Below, in pieces: positions 18,818 to 27,645 of a stretch of DNA of 64,000 bases. Source of the stretch: Candidatus Latescibacterota bacterium (GTDB lineage: Bacteria; Latescibacterota; UBA2968; UBA8231); assembly GCA_965248265.1 (NCBI GenBank), contig CBDFJF010000001.1, positions 2,848,001 through 2,912,000 of the forward strand, read 5' to 3'. The notes under the pieces were generated by a model. It was not told the DNA's origin. It searched no databases and saw only the letters and a list, made by a program, of their open reading frames with translations. The position numbers were made by a program, and so were the translations under genes. Every line of letters starts with the position of its first letter. Positions within the stretch are counted from its first letter, which is position 1.

Positions 18818-20451
18818 CAATTGTAACATTCCACGACCGCCTGGCTCCTGATCCTGGCGCGCTCCCAGGCGTGGGGATAGCGCGGGTTGGCTATGGTATT
18901 GGTCCCGGGGATGTGTGGGAATCGCGCAGCGAAGTCCGGAACCAGTTCGAGGCCGAAGCCCGGTTTGTCTGATAGCACGATGTGGCCGTCCTGCGGACGC
19001 ATCGGCTCCGTGAACAGGCCGTAGCGAAACTCGTTCGGGTAGAGAAAAAACTCGACCATGTGTCCCGACGGCACGCCGGCGATGTAATGTGCGTTGCACA
19101 TCGTCCCCAGGCCGCTGTTCCAGTTGTGCATGACCATCTTGCGGCCGTAGAAGTCAGCGACACGACCGATGTACCAGTTTTCGGTGACGCCGATGCGATG
19201 GCAGTCGGTTTGCAGAGCGTCGTAGATCCCCTGCACCAGCCAGGGACCCACCTCACTGGCGCTGCGCAGACCCTCCCCTCCCCAGAGCATCACCCGCGGC
19301 ATCCTCTCTTTTAGCCGCAGGTAGTCATCGAACTGAGCCTCGCCGACGTCTCCCATCGGCTGCTCGAAGAAGAGAAATCCGAGGTCGTTGATGATGGGAG
19401 CAATCTCCAGACACTCCTCCAGGGTCCAGGTGTCGTAGCCCTTCTTTTCCAGGCCGAGGTCGAAATCCGGACCCACCGCCTCACGCAGCTGTCGACAGAT
19501 CTCCCCGAGTACGGTCGGCGTGATTCCATCCTCTTCCCAGTCGGTACCGGGGCGCCACTTGAAGGTGTCGAAGCCCATCTCCTTGTAGCTCAGAGCTTCC
19601 TCGATCAGGGCTTCGGCGCCGTAAGCAGAGCCGTCTCCCCTGTCATAGTAAGTCCAGTTGACTCCCCCGCTGGCGTAGGCCTTCACGTTCGGACTGGGGT
19701 CAGTATCCGTGGCCAGCAGTTTGTACACGGGCACTCCCTTGGCCTTGCCGATCAAGTCCCAACAGGCCACGTCGAGACCGGGGGACAGCGCCATCAACTC
19801 GACGTCGAAAGGATTGCGCCCGATGAGGTGATCACAATTCCCAAGCCGGGCCGCTCCCGGAGCAATACCGACCAGTCCCTGGTCGGTGAATACCTCGACT
19901 ACCGTCTCGTCGCATTTGGTCAGCACCACCGGTCCACACTCGTGGACGTAGGATCCGTCCGCTGGCTTGTAGCTGATCGGGTTGATCTTGATCTCCGTGA
20001 TCTTCAGTTCTTCCCTGCCAATACCCTCTAGCAAGTGCGTGAAACTCCCCCTCTTGCCTTGGTGCTCTCTCTCCATCGATTGTTCCTGTGGAGGTAGTGG
20101 TTCATTCCCGGACTCCAGCTTGGCGCGGATACCGTCAGCCAGTGAGCCGGCCTTGACTCCCATGATCGAGACGTCGCTGCGTCCCGCGGACACCGTCATC
20201 TGGCTCAGCGGCGAAACTCGAAAGACCCGGGTCCCTCTCTGATGTAGACGCGACACCTCAGCCATCGTCCCGGGGGCGACACCGGCGTCTGCGAAGATGA
20301 ACGCCAATCCGTTACCCGCGCGACGTACCGCTGACAGCCCCATCGCCACATCCCCCGATTGGCAACCTATGCCGACGAGGGAGGCCACACTCGCTGCCGC
20401 CGTGGACGACAGTTCTTCGATTGTGCGTTCATTGTCGTGTTGTACCATCAA
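18817..20451 (-). CDS. Mandelate racemase/MLE (enolase superfamily) enzyme preceded in frame by an L7Ae-like domain; internal start at 20076 possible
   Basis: DVACWDLIGKAKGVPVYKLL, YASGG, KWR, FEQP, GGE, QTD, MHNW; first ~115 aa resemble L7Ae/YlxQ. Confidence 0.8.
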   Translation of the reverse strand: MMVQHDNERTIEELSSTAAASVASLVGIGCQSGDVAMGLSAVRRAGNGLAFIFADAGVAPGTMAEVSRLHQRGTRVFRVSPLSQMTVSAGRSDVSIMGVKAGSLADGIRAKLESGNEPLPPQEQSMEREHQGKRGSFTHLLEGIGREELKITEIKINPISYKPADGSYVHECGPVVLTKCDETVVEVFTDQGLVGIAPGAARLGNCDHLIGRNPFDVELMALSPGLDVACWDLIGKAKGVPVYKLLATDTDPSPNVKAYASGGVNWTYYDRGDGSAYGAEALIEEALSYKEMGFDTFKWRPGTDWEEDGITPTVLGEICRQLREAVGPDFDLGLEKKGYDTWTLEECLEIAPIINDLGFLFFEQPMGDVGEAQFDDYLRLKERMPRVMLWGGEGLRSASEVGPWLVQGIYDALQTDCHRIGVTENWYIGRVADFYGRKMVMHNWNSGLGTMCNAHYIAGVPSGHMVEFFLYPNEFRYGLFTEPMRPQDGHIVLSDKPGFGLELVPDFAARFPHIPGTNTIANPRYPHAWERARIRSQAVVECYN

Positions 20452-20588
20452 CCTTAGCCCCTCAAGTCCTGCGCAGACACAGAGACAGCAGCCCGCAAGA
20501 CGACGGTCTGACCTTCCTCAAAACAGGTATATGTGAGCGACGCGGCCCACCATCCTGGGCAGATGGGTGGCGCCAGCGATTGGCCCGC

Positions 20589-21158
20589 CTACTTGAACGC
20601 CCGCGCCGCCGCCAGAATCACTCCGTTATCCAGACGGACACGGAAGTTCGGATCGACGTGCTGGAAAAGGATGTCACCCTTCCGGCTGGTGATGAAGACG
20701 GATGGTGCGGGCAATGGCTGCTTGCCCTCGCTCTGGAAGACGATCCCCATCTGTCGCATTAGGGTCAGATCGGGATCCGCGAGCAGGGTTATGGTGAGGG
20801 CCAGTTTCTCGGCGGTTTCGGCGAGTGCGGAAGGAGCTTCACCGCTGATGGCGAATAGTTGGTAACCAAGTTGAGAAAGCTGACCTGTTATTTTTTCCAG
20901 CTCGACCAGCTGGTTGCGGCAGAATCCTCACCATCCGCCGCGGTAGAAGACCAAGATGGTCGGTTTGGCGGCGACGGCGCTACCGATGTCGAAGTCCTCA
21001 CCTGCTGCCGTCTTCAACTGCGCCGCCGGCACCGACGCCCCAACCATCAACGGCCGTACCTGGCCGGGCGAGTTGGGCAGTGCCTGTCCTTCCACCACTG
21101 CGGCCGTAACCAGGAACGTCAGCGCCGTACAGATGGAGACGAGATGTCGTGTTTTCAC
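20589..21158 (-). CDS. Exported peroxiredoxin-like (AhpC/TSA) selenoprotein; in-frame TGA at 20928-20930 read as Sec
   Basis: Reading through TGA gives 189 aa: signal peptide, VFYRGGW-U-GFCRNQL, AIS, LLADPD, PAPSVFI, ending in TAG; U sits at the CxxC position. Confidence 0.88.
20897..20913 (-). promoter_or_regulatory. Bacterial SECIS-like hairpin
   Basis: mRNA CCAGCU-GGUCG-AGCUGG, starting 14 nt after UGA, with a G-initiated apical loop. Confidence 0.7.
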
Positions 21159-21170
21159 AGTACCTCCGGT

Positions 21171-21926
21171 TTAGGTCTCATCCTGCCTCTTGTTGAGCGC
21201 ATCAGGGGCACCCTGCTCAATCTGAATCGTATCAGTCGCTTCCTGAGCACTTCCGGTATCGATAGAGATCTGGCTAAAGAACCACTTGGTCAGCCACGCC
21301 GTCATCCACGGAATCGGAATGACCAGCATGCATCCAAGCATACCCACTACACAGCGCCACAGGATTTCGTGTCCCTTGCCGGAGAATGAGAACGCGGCAT
21401 CGCCGACGACGTTACGACACTGCCAGCGCACCCAAGCGGCCAGTACCCAGGCCCAGCCGATTATGCTGACGATTGAGACAATGTAGAACAGGTAGTACCC
21501 CAGATAGGGCCAGTACGAACCGACGAAGGAGATCCGCCCACTGACATTCAGGCGCATGGAAGAGACGAACCAGCGAAAAACCAGGAGATACAGCAGGAGA
21601 TTGATTGGAAGGAGAATAAGGGGACGCGCCATCATCAGACCCGGCGGCGCAACCTCCGGCCATGGCAAATTGCCAAACCACCCGATAAGAATGATCAGTA
21701 TTATCGGTAGCCAGATCTCGCCTCCCTGGCCCTCGAACTCGAGCTGGGTGCCGTCATCGGCTTCAGTCTGCTCGACGAACCACCTCGAAAACCACGCTGC
21801 CATCCACGGCGCGGGAACCACCAGAATACTGGCGACGAAGGCGAAGAGATATCTCCCGAACAAGGGCAAGGCCTTGCCGGTGAAAGTCAGACGCGCACCA
21901 GTGCTCAACACGGCAGCTTCAGTCAT
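21171..21926 (-). CDS. Inner-membrane protein, DUF898/YjgN-like
   Basis: Repeated F.G.G + TM hairpin + PW units; SD aggagagg. Confidence 0.7.
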   Translation of the reverse strand: MTEAAVLSTGARLTFTGKALPLFGRYLFAFVASILVVPAPWMAAWFSRWFVEQTEADDGTQLEFEGQGGEIWLPIILIILIGWFGNLPWPEVAPPGLMMARPLILLPINLLLYLLVFRWFVSSMRLNVSGRISFVGSYWPYLGYYLFYIVSIVSIIGWAWVLAAWVRWQCRNVVGDAAFSFSGKGHEILWRCVVGMLGCMLVIPIPWMTAWLTKWFFSQISIDTGSAQEATDTIQIEQGAPDALNKRQDET

Positions 21927-22086
21927 GTCCCTCTCCTTTTGCATCGTCCACCGACTACTCCCCAGGACCCATCAGGTGGGTTTGACCCTGACAAGATACT
22001 GCGTGCGAGCAGGGACAGGCAAATGGCTCAAAGTTCTGTGATTGGGTAGGTGGGTGCCGGAGATCGCGGCCGTCGTGCGAGTGGCT

Positions 22087-22695
22087 TCAACCCTGCAGGG
22101 CGTGCGCCGTCCGCAACCAGTCCAGGAGTTCGCCGTCGACCTCGGATGCGGACCGGAGCTTTACCGAGTGGCCGACACGAGAGGGTCCCAGTTCCTGGGT
22201 TTGGACGATGCGGCTGCTGCGAATCGGTTCGTCTGAAACGAAGCCGAGTCTGAGCCCTTCGTCCTGCACGGTGACGCTACCGAAATGATACTTGTGAATG
22301 AGATTGATCGAAGTCTTGACCGCGTCAACGCGAAACTCACCGAATCGACGCAGTTGGGCCACCAGGGCGTTGTAGATCTCCATCGAGACTGGGTTCTTGC
22401 CCTTGAAATGAATTTCGGTCGATGCCGTCTGGCAGGAGTGGGGTTGGTGAGTTTTGGCGAAAGGCCGTTCGCAGTTCGGGCATTTCCACTTGGAGGATTT
22501 CTTCGGAGCTGAGTTTTTGGCCGGGGCTTTGTTCCCAGCTGCCTTGGCCTTCTTGGCTGATGCCTTCTTGGCTGGTGCCTTCTTCGCTGCCGTCTTCTTG
22601 GCCACCTTCTTCACAGTCTTTTTGGCCGCTTTTTTCGCCTTCTTAGCCGCCGGTTTTTTGATCTGTTTTTTGGTCTGAGTCTTCTTTTTTGCCAT
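22087..22695 (-). CDS. Histone-H1-like Lys/Ala-rich tail + Cys/His finger + DUF5655-like domain protein
   Basis: ~68 aa of AKK/PAKK repeats; WKCPNCERPF....HSC; C-terminal H.V.L....EVD.ELL.WL..A. Confidence 0.8.
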   Translation of the reverse strand: MAKKKTQTKKQIKKPAAKKAKKAAKKTVKKVAKKTAAKKAPAKKASAKKAKAAGNKAPAKNSAPKKSSKWKCPNCERPFAKTHQPHSCQTASTEIHFKGKNPVSMEIYNALVAQLRRFGEFRVDAVKTSINLIHKYHFGSVTVQDEGLRLGFVSDEPIRSSRIVQTQELGPSRVGHSVKLRSASEVDGELLDWLRTAHALQG

Positions 22696-22894
22696 CTCGA
22701 TCGCTTTCTACAGTCCAATCACCCTTCAAACAAGGGGTGCTGACGGATCCGCCAACAGGCGGCTGCGTGAGCGTTTCTACAAAAGCAGCACAGCAAAATG
22801 TAAGGACGATCGCGAGGGGATGCGACTCTCAGGAGGTAGCGCGGTGTCTGAGGAGTCCCTTGCAAGAGAGCGCGTCTTCAGTTTTCTTGCGGGA

Positions 22895-22917
22895 TCAAGC
22901 CGCCTCTCAAGCCGCCT
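22895..22917 (+). repeat. 11-bp tandem duplication (tcaagccgcct x2, 12-bp period)
   Basis: Read directly at 22895-22905 and 22907-22917. Confidence 0.8.
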
Positions 22918-22950
22918 TCATCACAGTTTCCTCAGAGGAAATCGATCCCC

Positions 22951-23883
22951 ATGGAATACCGATCCCTTGGATCCACCGATCTGGAAGTCTCCAGCCTCGG
23001 CCTCGGCTCCGCACAGTTGGGCATCCGCTACGGCGCTGACCCGGTGGAGCCACCGCCTGCCGCCGAATCAATTCGACTTCTGAGACGAGCGGCTGAATTG
23101 GGCATCAACTATTTCGACACCGCGCCCGTCTACGGCGACATCGAACCGGTGGTCGGAGAGGCGCTGGAGCCGATCCGGCCGCGGCCCGTGATAGGCACCA
23201 AGCTGAACATCAGCGATCAGGACGGTCCCTTCACTGGCGATCAGCTGCGCGATCGCCTGCCTGCCTCCGTCGACGAGAGCCTGCGGAAACTGCGCCTGGA
23301 GTGTATCGATCTGATGCAGATCCACAGTGTGGTGCCCCCTTTCGTCACTGACGAGTTGCTCGAAACCATGGACGAGATCTCCAACAGCGGCAGGGTGCGC
23401 TACTGGGGTGTCACCACCTACGGGGAAGAGGCTCCCTCCGAGGCGTTGACAGCAGGAGGCCGTTTCCGGACGGTGCAGATCGCCTACAGTGCTCTCGACC
23501 GCACCCTCGAGCGTCGGGTGATCCCGCGTCTCCACGAGCAGGGGGTGGGCTTGATCCTGCGCTCGATGTTTCTACAGGGGGCTCTGTCACCAGTGTGGAC
23601 TAAACTGCCCGAACAACTGCACGACCTGCGTGATGCTTGCTCACAGGTCGAGGACCTAGCTGAACAGACGGGGGTATCGATGTCGGAGCTGGCTTTGAGA
23701 TACGCTGTCTTTCAACCGCGGCCGGCTGTGGCCGTGTTCGGCACCCTCAACATGGATGAGATCGACGCCAACGTGGCCCGCATCGACGCTGGACCGTTGC
23801 CCGCCGACGTCATCGACGCCCTCGACCGCATCACTGTTGAAGACGAGTCTCAACTCAACCCGGGTACCTGGGGCCATCTGTAA
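22951..23883 (+). CDS. Aldo/keto reductase
   Basis: GINYFDTAPVYG, TK, SL.KL....IDL.QIH. Confidence 0.92.
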   Translation: MEYRSLGSTDLEVSSLGLGSAQLGIRYGADPVEPPPAAESIRLLRRAAELGINYFDTAPVYGDIEPVVGEALEPIRPRPVIGTKLNISDQDGPFTGDQLRDRLPASVDESLRKLRLECIDLMQIHSVVPPFVTDELLETMDEISNSGRVRYWGVTTYGEEAPSEALTAGGRFRTVQIAYSALDRTLERRVIPRLHEQGVGLILRSMFLQGALSPVWTKLPEQLHDLRDACSQVEDLAEQTGVSMSELALRYAVFQPRPAVAVFGTLNMDEIDANVARIDAGPLPADVIDALDRITVEDESQLNPGTWGHL

Positions 23884-23905
23884 GCCCCATCTGCGGTCGA
23901 TGATT

Positions 23906-23935
23906 TTGACGGCGGCAAAGAAACGGGGCTAATAT
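23906..23935 (+). promoter_or_regulatory. Putative sigma70 promoter of the enolase pair
   Basis: TTGACG-18 bp-TAATAT. Confidence 0.4.
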
Positions 23936-23986
23936 GAGAGCCGTGAGTGACTACAGAATGCCCCGTGCTTGGGCGAAAGGTGACGG

Positions 23987-25189
23987 ATGAAAATCACTGG
24001 AGTCAAGACGACCCTCTACCTCTACAACCTCGGCTGGCGCATGGGTGATGCCAATTCACCTGCCGGGCGAACTCGCGGTGCTGGCTGCGTCGTCGAGCTC
24101 GAGACGGATGCTGGACTGACCGGCATCGGCTTGGGCGGGGGCGGTGTGCAGCCTCAGATACGCGCTCTGGTTGAAGGCGTTCTCAAGGGCCAGGATCCGC
24201 GCAGCGCCCAGGGGTTGTGGAAGCGCATGGCCGACAAGCACTTCAAGGGCGGACACGACGGTCTCATCAACGATGCCATCGCCGTCCTCGATATGGCGGT
24301 CTGGGACCTCAAGGCCAAAGCCAATGATGAGCCGCTTTGGAAAACCCTGGGAGGGTCGAAGACCAGAGTTCACAGCTATGCCAGCGGCATCGAAATTCCG
24401 CTTTCCGACGACGCCATGCACGGTTGGTACTCGAACATGGCAACGCAGTACGGCCTGGGTGGTGGCAAACTCAAGATCGGCCTGGATCAGGATGCCGATT
24501 TGCGCCGGGTCGGACTCATGCGCGATGCCCTGAGCAAGGCCAGCGACGAGCCCATGCTGTTGATCGACGCCAACGAGTACTGGTCGCCCAAACAGGCGAT
24601 CCGCAAGGTCCGCGAAATGGAAGAAGAGTACGACATCACCTGGGTTGAAGAGCCGGCCCGCCGGTGGGATTATCTCGGGCTTCGGCGGATCAAGGACTCC
24701 GTACGCACTGCCGTGTGCGCCGGTGAGAATCTGGATACCCTCGGAGACTTCCTGCCTTATTTCCATCATCAGAGCGCCGATATTATTCAGGTCAGCTGCG
24801 GCATGGGTGGGATCACCCCGGCGCTGCAGATTGCGGATGCCGCCTTCGGCTTCGAGCTGCCCATCACCCTGGGCAATGCTCCCGGACTCATCCATACCCA
24901 TCTGGCTACCGTGATGCCCAATTTCATGACCATGGAAATCTGCACCGTCGAGCCGCCCGATGGCGTGTTCACGACGGATGTAGAAGTCAAAGATGGCTGG
25001 GCGATCCCCGGCGATAAACCCGGGCTCGGAATCGAGATCGACGCGGCAGCCCTGGAAAAGCAAACGATAGAGCAGGTACCAGCAGGGGCCGGGCCGAGTC
25101 CTTTTGGCAGACGCCCCGGCGCGGGCCTGTACGAGGTGCCGCCCACTGAAGAAGAGAAGGCCGAAGCGGCCAAGGGCGGGGAGGTTTAG
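23987..25189 (+). CDS. Mandelate racemase/MLE family enzyme, paralogue A
   Basis: DMAVWDLKAK, KLK, IDANE, EEP, GEN. Confidence 0.9.
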   Translation: MKITGVKTTLYLYNLGWRMGDANSPAGRTRGAGCVVELETDAGLTGIGLGGGGVQPQIRALVEGVLKGQDPRSAQGLWKRMADKHFKGGHDGLINDAIAVLDMAVWDLKAKANDEPLWKTLGGSKTRVHSYASGIEIPLSDDAMHGWYSNMATQYGLGGGKLKIGLDQDADLRRVGLMRDALSKASDEPMLLIDANEYWSPKQAIRKVREMEEEYDITWVEEPARRWDYLGLRRIKDSVRTAVCAGENLDTLGDFLPYFHHQSADIIQVSCGMGGITPALQIADAAFGFELPITLGNAPGLIHTHLATVMPNFMTMEICTVEPPDGVFTTDVEVKDGWAIPGDKPGLGIEIDAAALEKQTIEQVPAGAGPSPFGRRPGAGLYEVPPTEEEKAEAAKGGEV

Positions 25190-25192
25190 CCC

Positions 25193-26350
25193 ATGAAAAT
25201 CACCGGCTACCGCACCGAGAGCTACACCTTCCGGCTGGACCGTGCCATCGGCGACTGCAACTACCCTGCTGGAATCGACGGCATGGGAGCTGGATTCCTC
25301 TGGATCGACACGGATGAGGGGATTTCCGGTGTTGCTCCCATGGAGGCTGAAGTGGAGTCACTGTTCCGCCTGATCGAGGGGGAGGATCCACGCGAGGTCA
25401 TCGGCCTTTGGCGCCGAATGGTCGACGAAGTCCATAAGGGCGGACTTGTGCTGGCATCCAGTGCCATCGCCGCCATCGACATCGCCCTATGGGATCTCAA
25501 AGCCAAGATTGCCGGCGAGCCCCTGTGGCGGACCTTCGGTGCTCTGGAGGGTCGAGCCAGGGCCTACGCCAGTGGCATCGACTACAACCTTTCGGACGAG
25601 GAGCTGCTCGCCTTCTACCAGCGCATGGCCGAATCCGGCGTCGACGGCGGCAAACTCAAGATCGGGCTCGACCTGGAAGCCGATATCCGTCGCATCGGTA
25701 TCATGCGGGAGGGGCTGTCCAGAGCATCGGACCGGCCTCACCTGTGCATCGACGTCAACGAGTACTGGTCACCGAAACAGACCGTCCGCTACATGGCCGA
25801 GATTGAGAAACACTATGACATCACCTGGATCGAGGAGCCGGCTCGACGCTGGGACCATGAAGGGCTCAAGCTGGTCTCGCAGCAGGTGAAGGCGGCCGTC
25901 GCCACCGGCGAGAACCTGCGTACCATCGGCGAGTTCTATCCGCTGGTGCAGCAGCAGGCCGTCGACATCCTCAGCATCTCCGCTACCCAGGCCGGCTTCA
26001 CTGGCTGCCGCCAGATCGCGCATCTGGCCCATGCCTACGAACTACCGGTGTCGATGATGAACTGCCAGGCCAACTTCATGGCTCACCTGGCAGCTGCCCT
26101 GCCAAACCATGTGTCGATGGAAGTCGTCGATCCTGGCCGTGAGCACTGTATTCGCTTTGACAGCCACGTCGAGGACGGCTTCATCGTTCTCGGCGACTCA
26201 CCCGGCCTCGGCATCGAAGTGGACGAGGAGAAGCTCCGCGAGCTGCAAGCCAAACCACCGGAGTTGTCAGGTCCCTTCCCTTTTCCACGCCGCGAAGGGG
26301 CGGGGCTGTACGTGAAGGGCTTTCAACCCGATGAAGTGAACTGGTCTTGA
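25193..26350 (+). CDS. Mandelate racemase/MLE family enzyme, paralogue B
   Basis: DIALWDLKAK, KLK, IDVNE, EEP, GEN. Confidence 0.9.
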   Translation: MKITGYRTESYTFRLDRAIGDCNYPAGIDGMGAGFLWIDTDEGISGVAPMEAEVESLFRLIEGEDPREVIGLWRRMVDEVHKGGLVLASSAIAAIDIALWDLKAKIAGEPLWRTFGALEGRARAYASGIDYNLSDEELLAFYQRMAESGVDGGKLKIGLDLEADIRRIGIMREGLSRASDRPHLCIDVNEYWSPKQTVRYMAEIEKHYDITWIEEPARRWDHEGLKLVSQQVKAAVATGENLRTIGEFYPLVQQQAVDILSISATQAGFTGCRQIAHLAHAYELPVSMMNCQANFMAHLAAALPNHVSMEVVDPGREHCIRFDSHVEDGFIVLGDSPGLGIEVDEEKLRELQAKPPELSGPFPFPRREGAGLYVKGFQPDEVNWS

Positions 26351-26441
26351 CGCTGCTCGCACTCTCCCGATTCCCTGGCCGCCAAGCTTAGCAGAGCACA
26401 GTTCGCCGACTCACCGATCCACTCCACCTCTCGCTGTCCAT

Positions 26442-26465
26442 TGTATGTACCTCTGTATGTACCTC
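26442..26465 (+). repeat. Perfect 12-bp tandem duplication (tgtatgtacctc x2)
   Basis: Read directly. Confidence 0.9.
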
Positions 26466-26505
26466 AGCCGATGTTTTCTTTCGAATATTTCTGTGTTGTA
26501 ATCTC

Positions 26506-26548
26506 TTGACTTTCCCATTGTCTTAGTGTACTATCTGTCTAAGACAAT
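26506..26548 (+). promoter_or_regulatory. sigma70 promoter overlapped by a palindromic operator for the YtrA-type GntR
   Basis: TTGACT(26506)-17 bp-TACTAT(26529); perfect inverted repeat ATTGTCTTAG-N12-CTAAGACAAT at 26517-26548. Confidence 0.75.
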
Positions 26549-26584
26549 AGTATGCCTCGTGTCTGACCCGGAGCTTTACAGACC

Positions 26585-26953
26585 ATGATCGTCGAATTCG
26601 ATCCGACCCGGCCGATTTACCTGCAGATCATTGAGGCCATTAAGAAAGGTGCTGCACAGGGAAGCTACCCGTGTGGCGAGAGGCTCCCTTCCGTCAGAGA
26701 CATGGCCAAACAGATGCGGGTGAATCCCAACACCATGTCGAGGGCCTATATGGAGCTGGAAAGAGAGGGGTTTATCATGACCCGGCGAGGAGAGGGCTCG
26801 TTCGTTACCGAAGACGCGGGTCGGATTGCCAGAGAGAAACACGCACTTGCACGAGCCGCTCGGGATCGCTTCGTCTCCGAGATACAGTCTCTGGCATTGA
26901 GACCGGGACAGGTAGAAGAGCTGCTGCGCAGCATTGGAGAGGAGACAGGCTAA
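26585..26953 (+). CDS. GntR-family (YtrA subfamily) repressor
   Basis: PIYLQI, LPSVR, VNPNTMSRAY.ELEREG; short C-terminus; precedes the ABC genes. Confidence 0.92.
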   Translation: MIVEFDPTRPIYLQIIEAIKKGAAQGSYPCGERLPSVRDMAKQMRVNPNTMSRAYMELEREGFIMTRRGEGSFVTEDAGRIAREKHALARAARDRFVSEIQSLALRPGQVEELLRSIGEETG

Positions 26954-26955
26954 TC

Positions 26956-27645
26956 ATGATCGTCGTCGACAACTTGTGGAAAACCTACCCGGGAGCTACT
27001 GCCCTCCACGGGATTTCATTGCGCGTGGACAAGGGACGCGTCGTAGGCGTGCTGGGAGAAAACGGCAGCGGCAAGAGCACCCTGTTCAAGGTGCTTGCCG
27101 GTGTCGCCCGAGCAAGCGAGGGCACCGTTCTCATCGATGGAATGGAAATCAGCCGGGAAACCCGTAGGATGGTTTCGTATTTGCCCGAAATCAGCCCTTT
27201 CTACGACTGGATGAAGGTCGGTGAGCAACTCGACTTCGTCGCCGCCTTCTACCCGGACTGGCAACCAGACAAAGCAGCAGAGTTGCTGGAGTTGATGCGG
27301 CTGGACGCCGACCGCAAGGTCGGCGCCATGTCCGATGGCCAGAGAGCGCGGCTTAAAGTCGTGGCCGCTTTTGCCCGCCCCAGTGCCGTCGTGCTGATGG
27401 ATGAGCCGCTGGGAAGGATCGATCCGCCGTCACGCAGGCGCATTATCGAAGCGCTGTTGCACGAGTATCGCATGGGCGAGCAGACCATCCTCATCTCGAC
27501 GCATTTGGTAGATGAAATTGAGGAGCTCATCGAGGATGTGGTTTTTCTGCGCGAGGGTGAGATCGCTCTGTCAGGCAACTCGGATGAACTGCGCTCGGAA
27601 CGCAACCAGTCGCTTTGCGACATTTTCGAGGAGGTCGTGTCGTGA
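26956..27645 (+). CDS. ABC transporter ATP-binding protein (YtrB-like)
   Basis: GENGSGKST, MSDGQ signature, LMDEP, STH. Confidence 0.92.
   Translation: MIVVDNLWKTYPGATALHGISLRVDKGRVVGVLGENGSGKSTLFKVLAGVARASEGTVLIDGMEISRETRRMVSYLPEISPFYDWMKVGEQLDFVAAFYPDWQPDKAAELLELMRLDADRKVGAMSDGQRARLKVVAAFARPSAVVLMDEPLGRIDPPSRRRIIEALLHEYRMGEQTILISTHLVDEIEELIEDVVFLREGEIALSGNSDELRSERNQSLCDIFEEVVS

Noticed and set aside
22490-22690. Repetitive cttcttggc-like DNA as a CRISPR or tandem repeat
   Set aside because: It encodes the AKK repeats of the histone-like protein; there is no repeat-spacer structure
22820-22840. ACUCUCAGG resembling the glycine riboswitch core
   Set aside because: The upstream GGAGA and CCGAAG elements are missing
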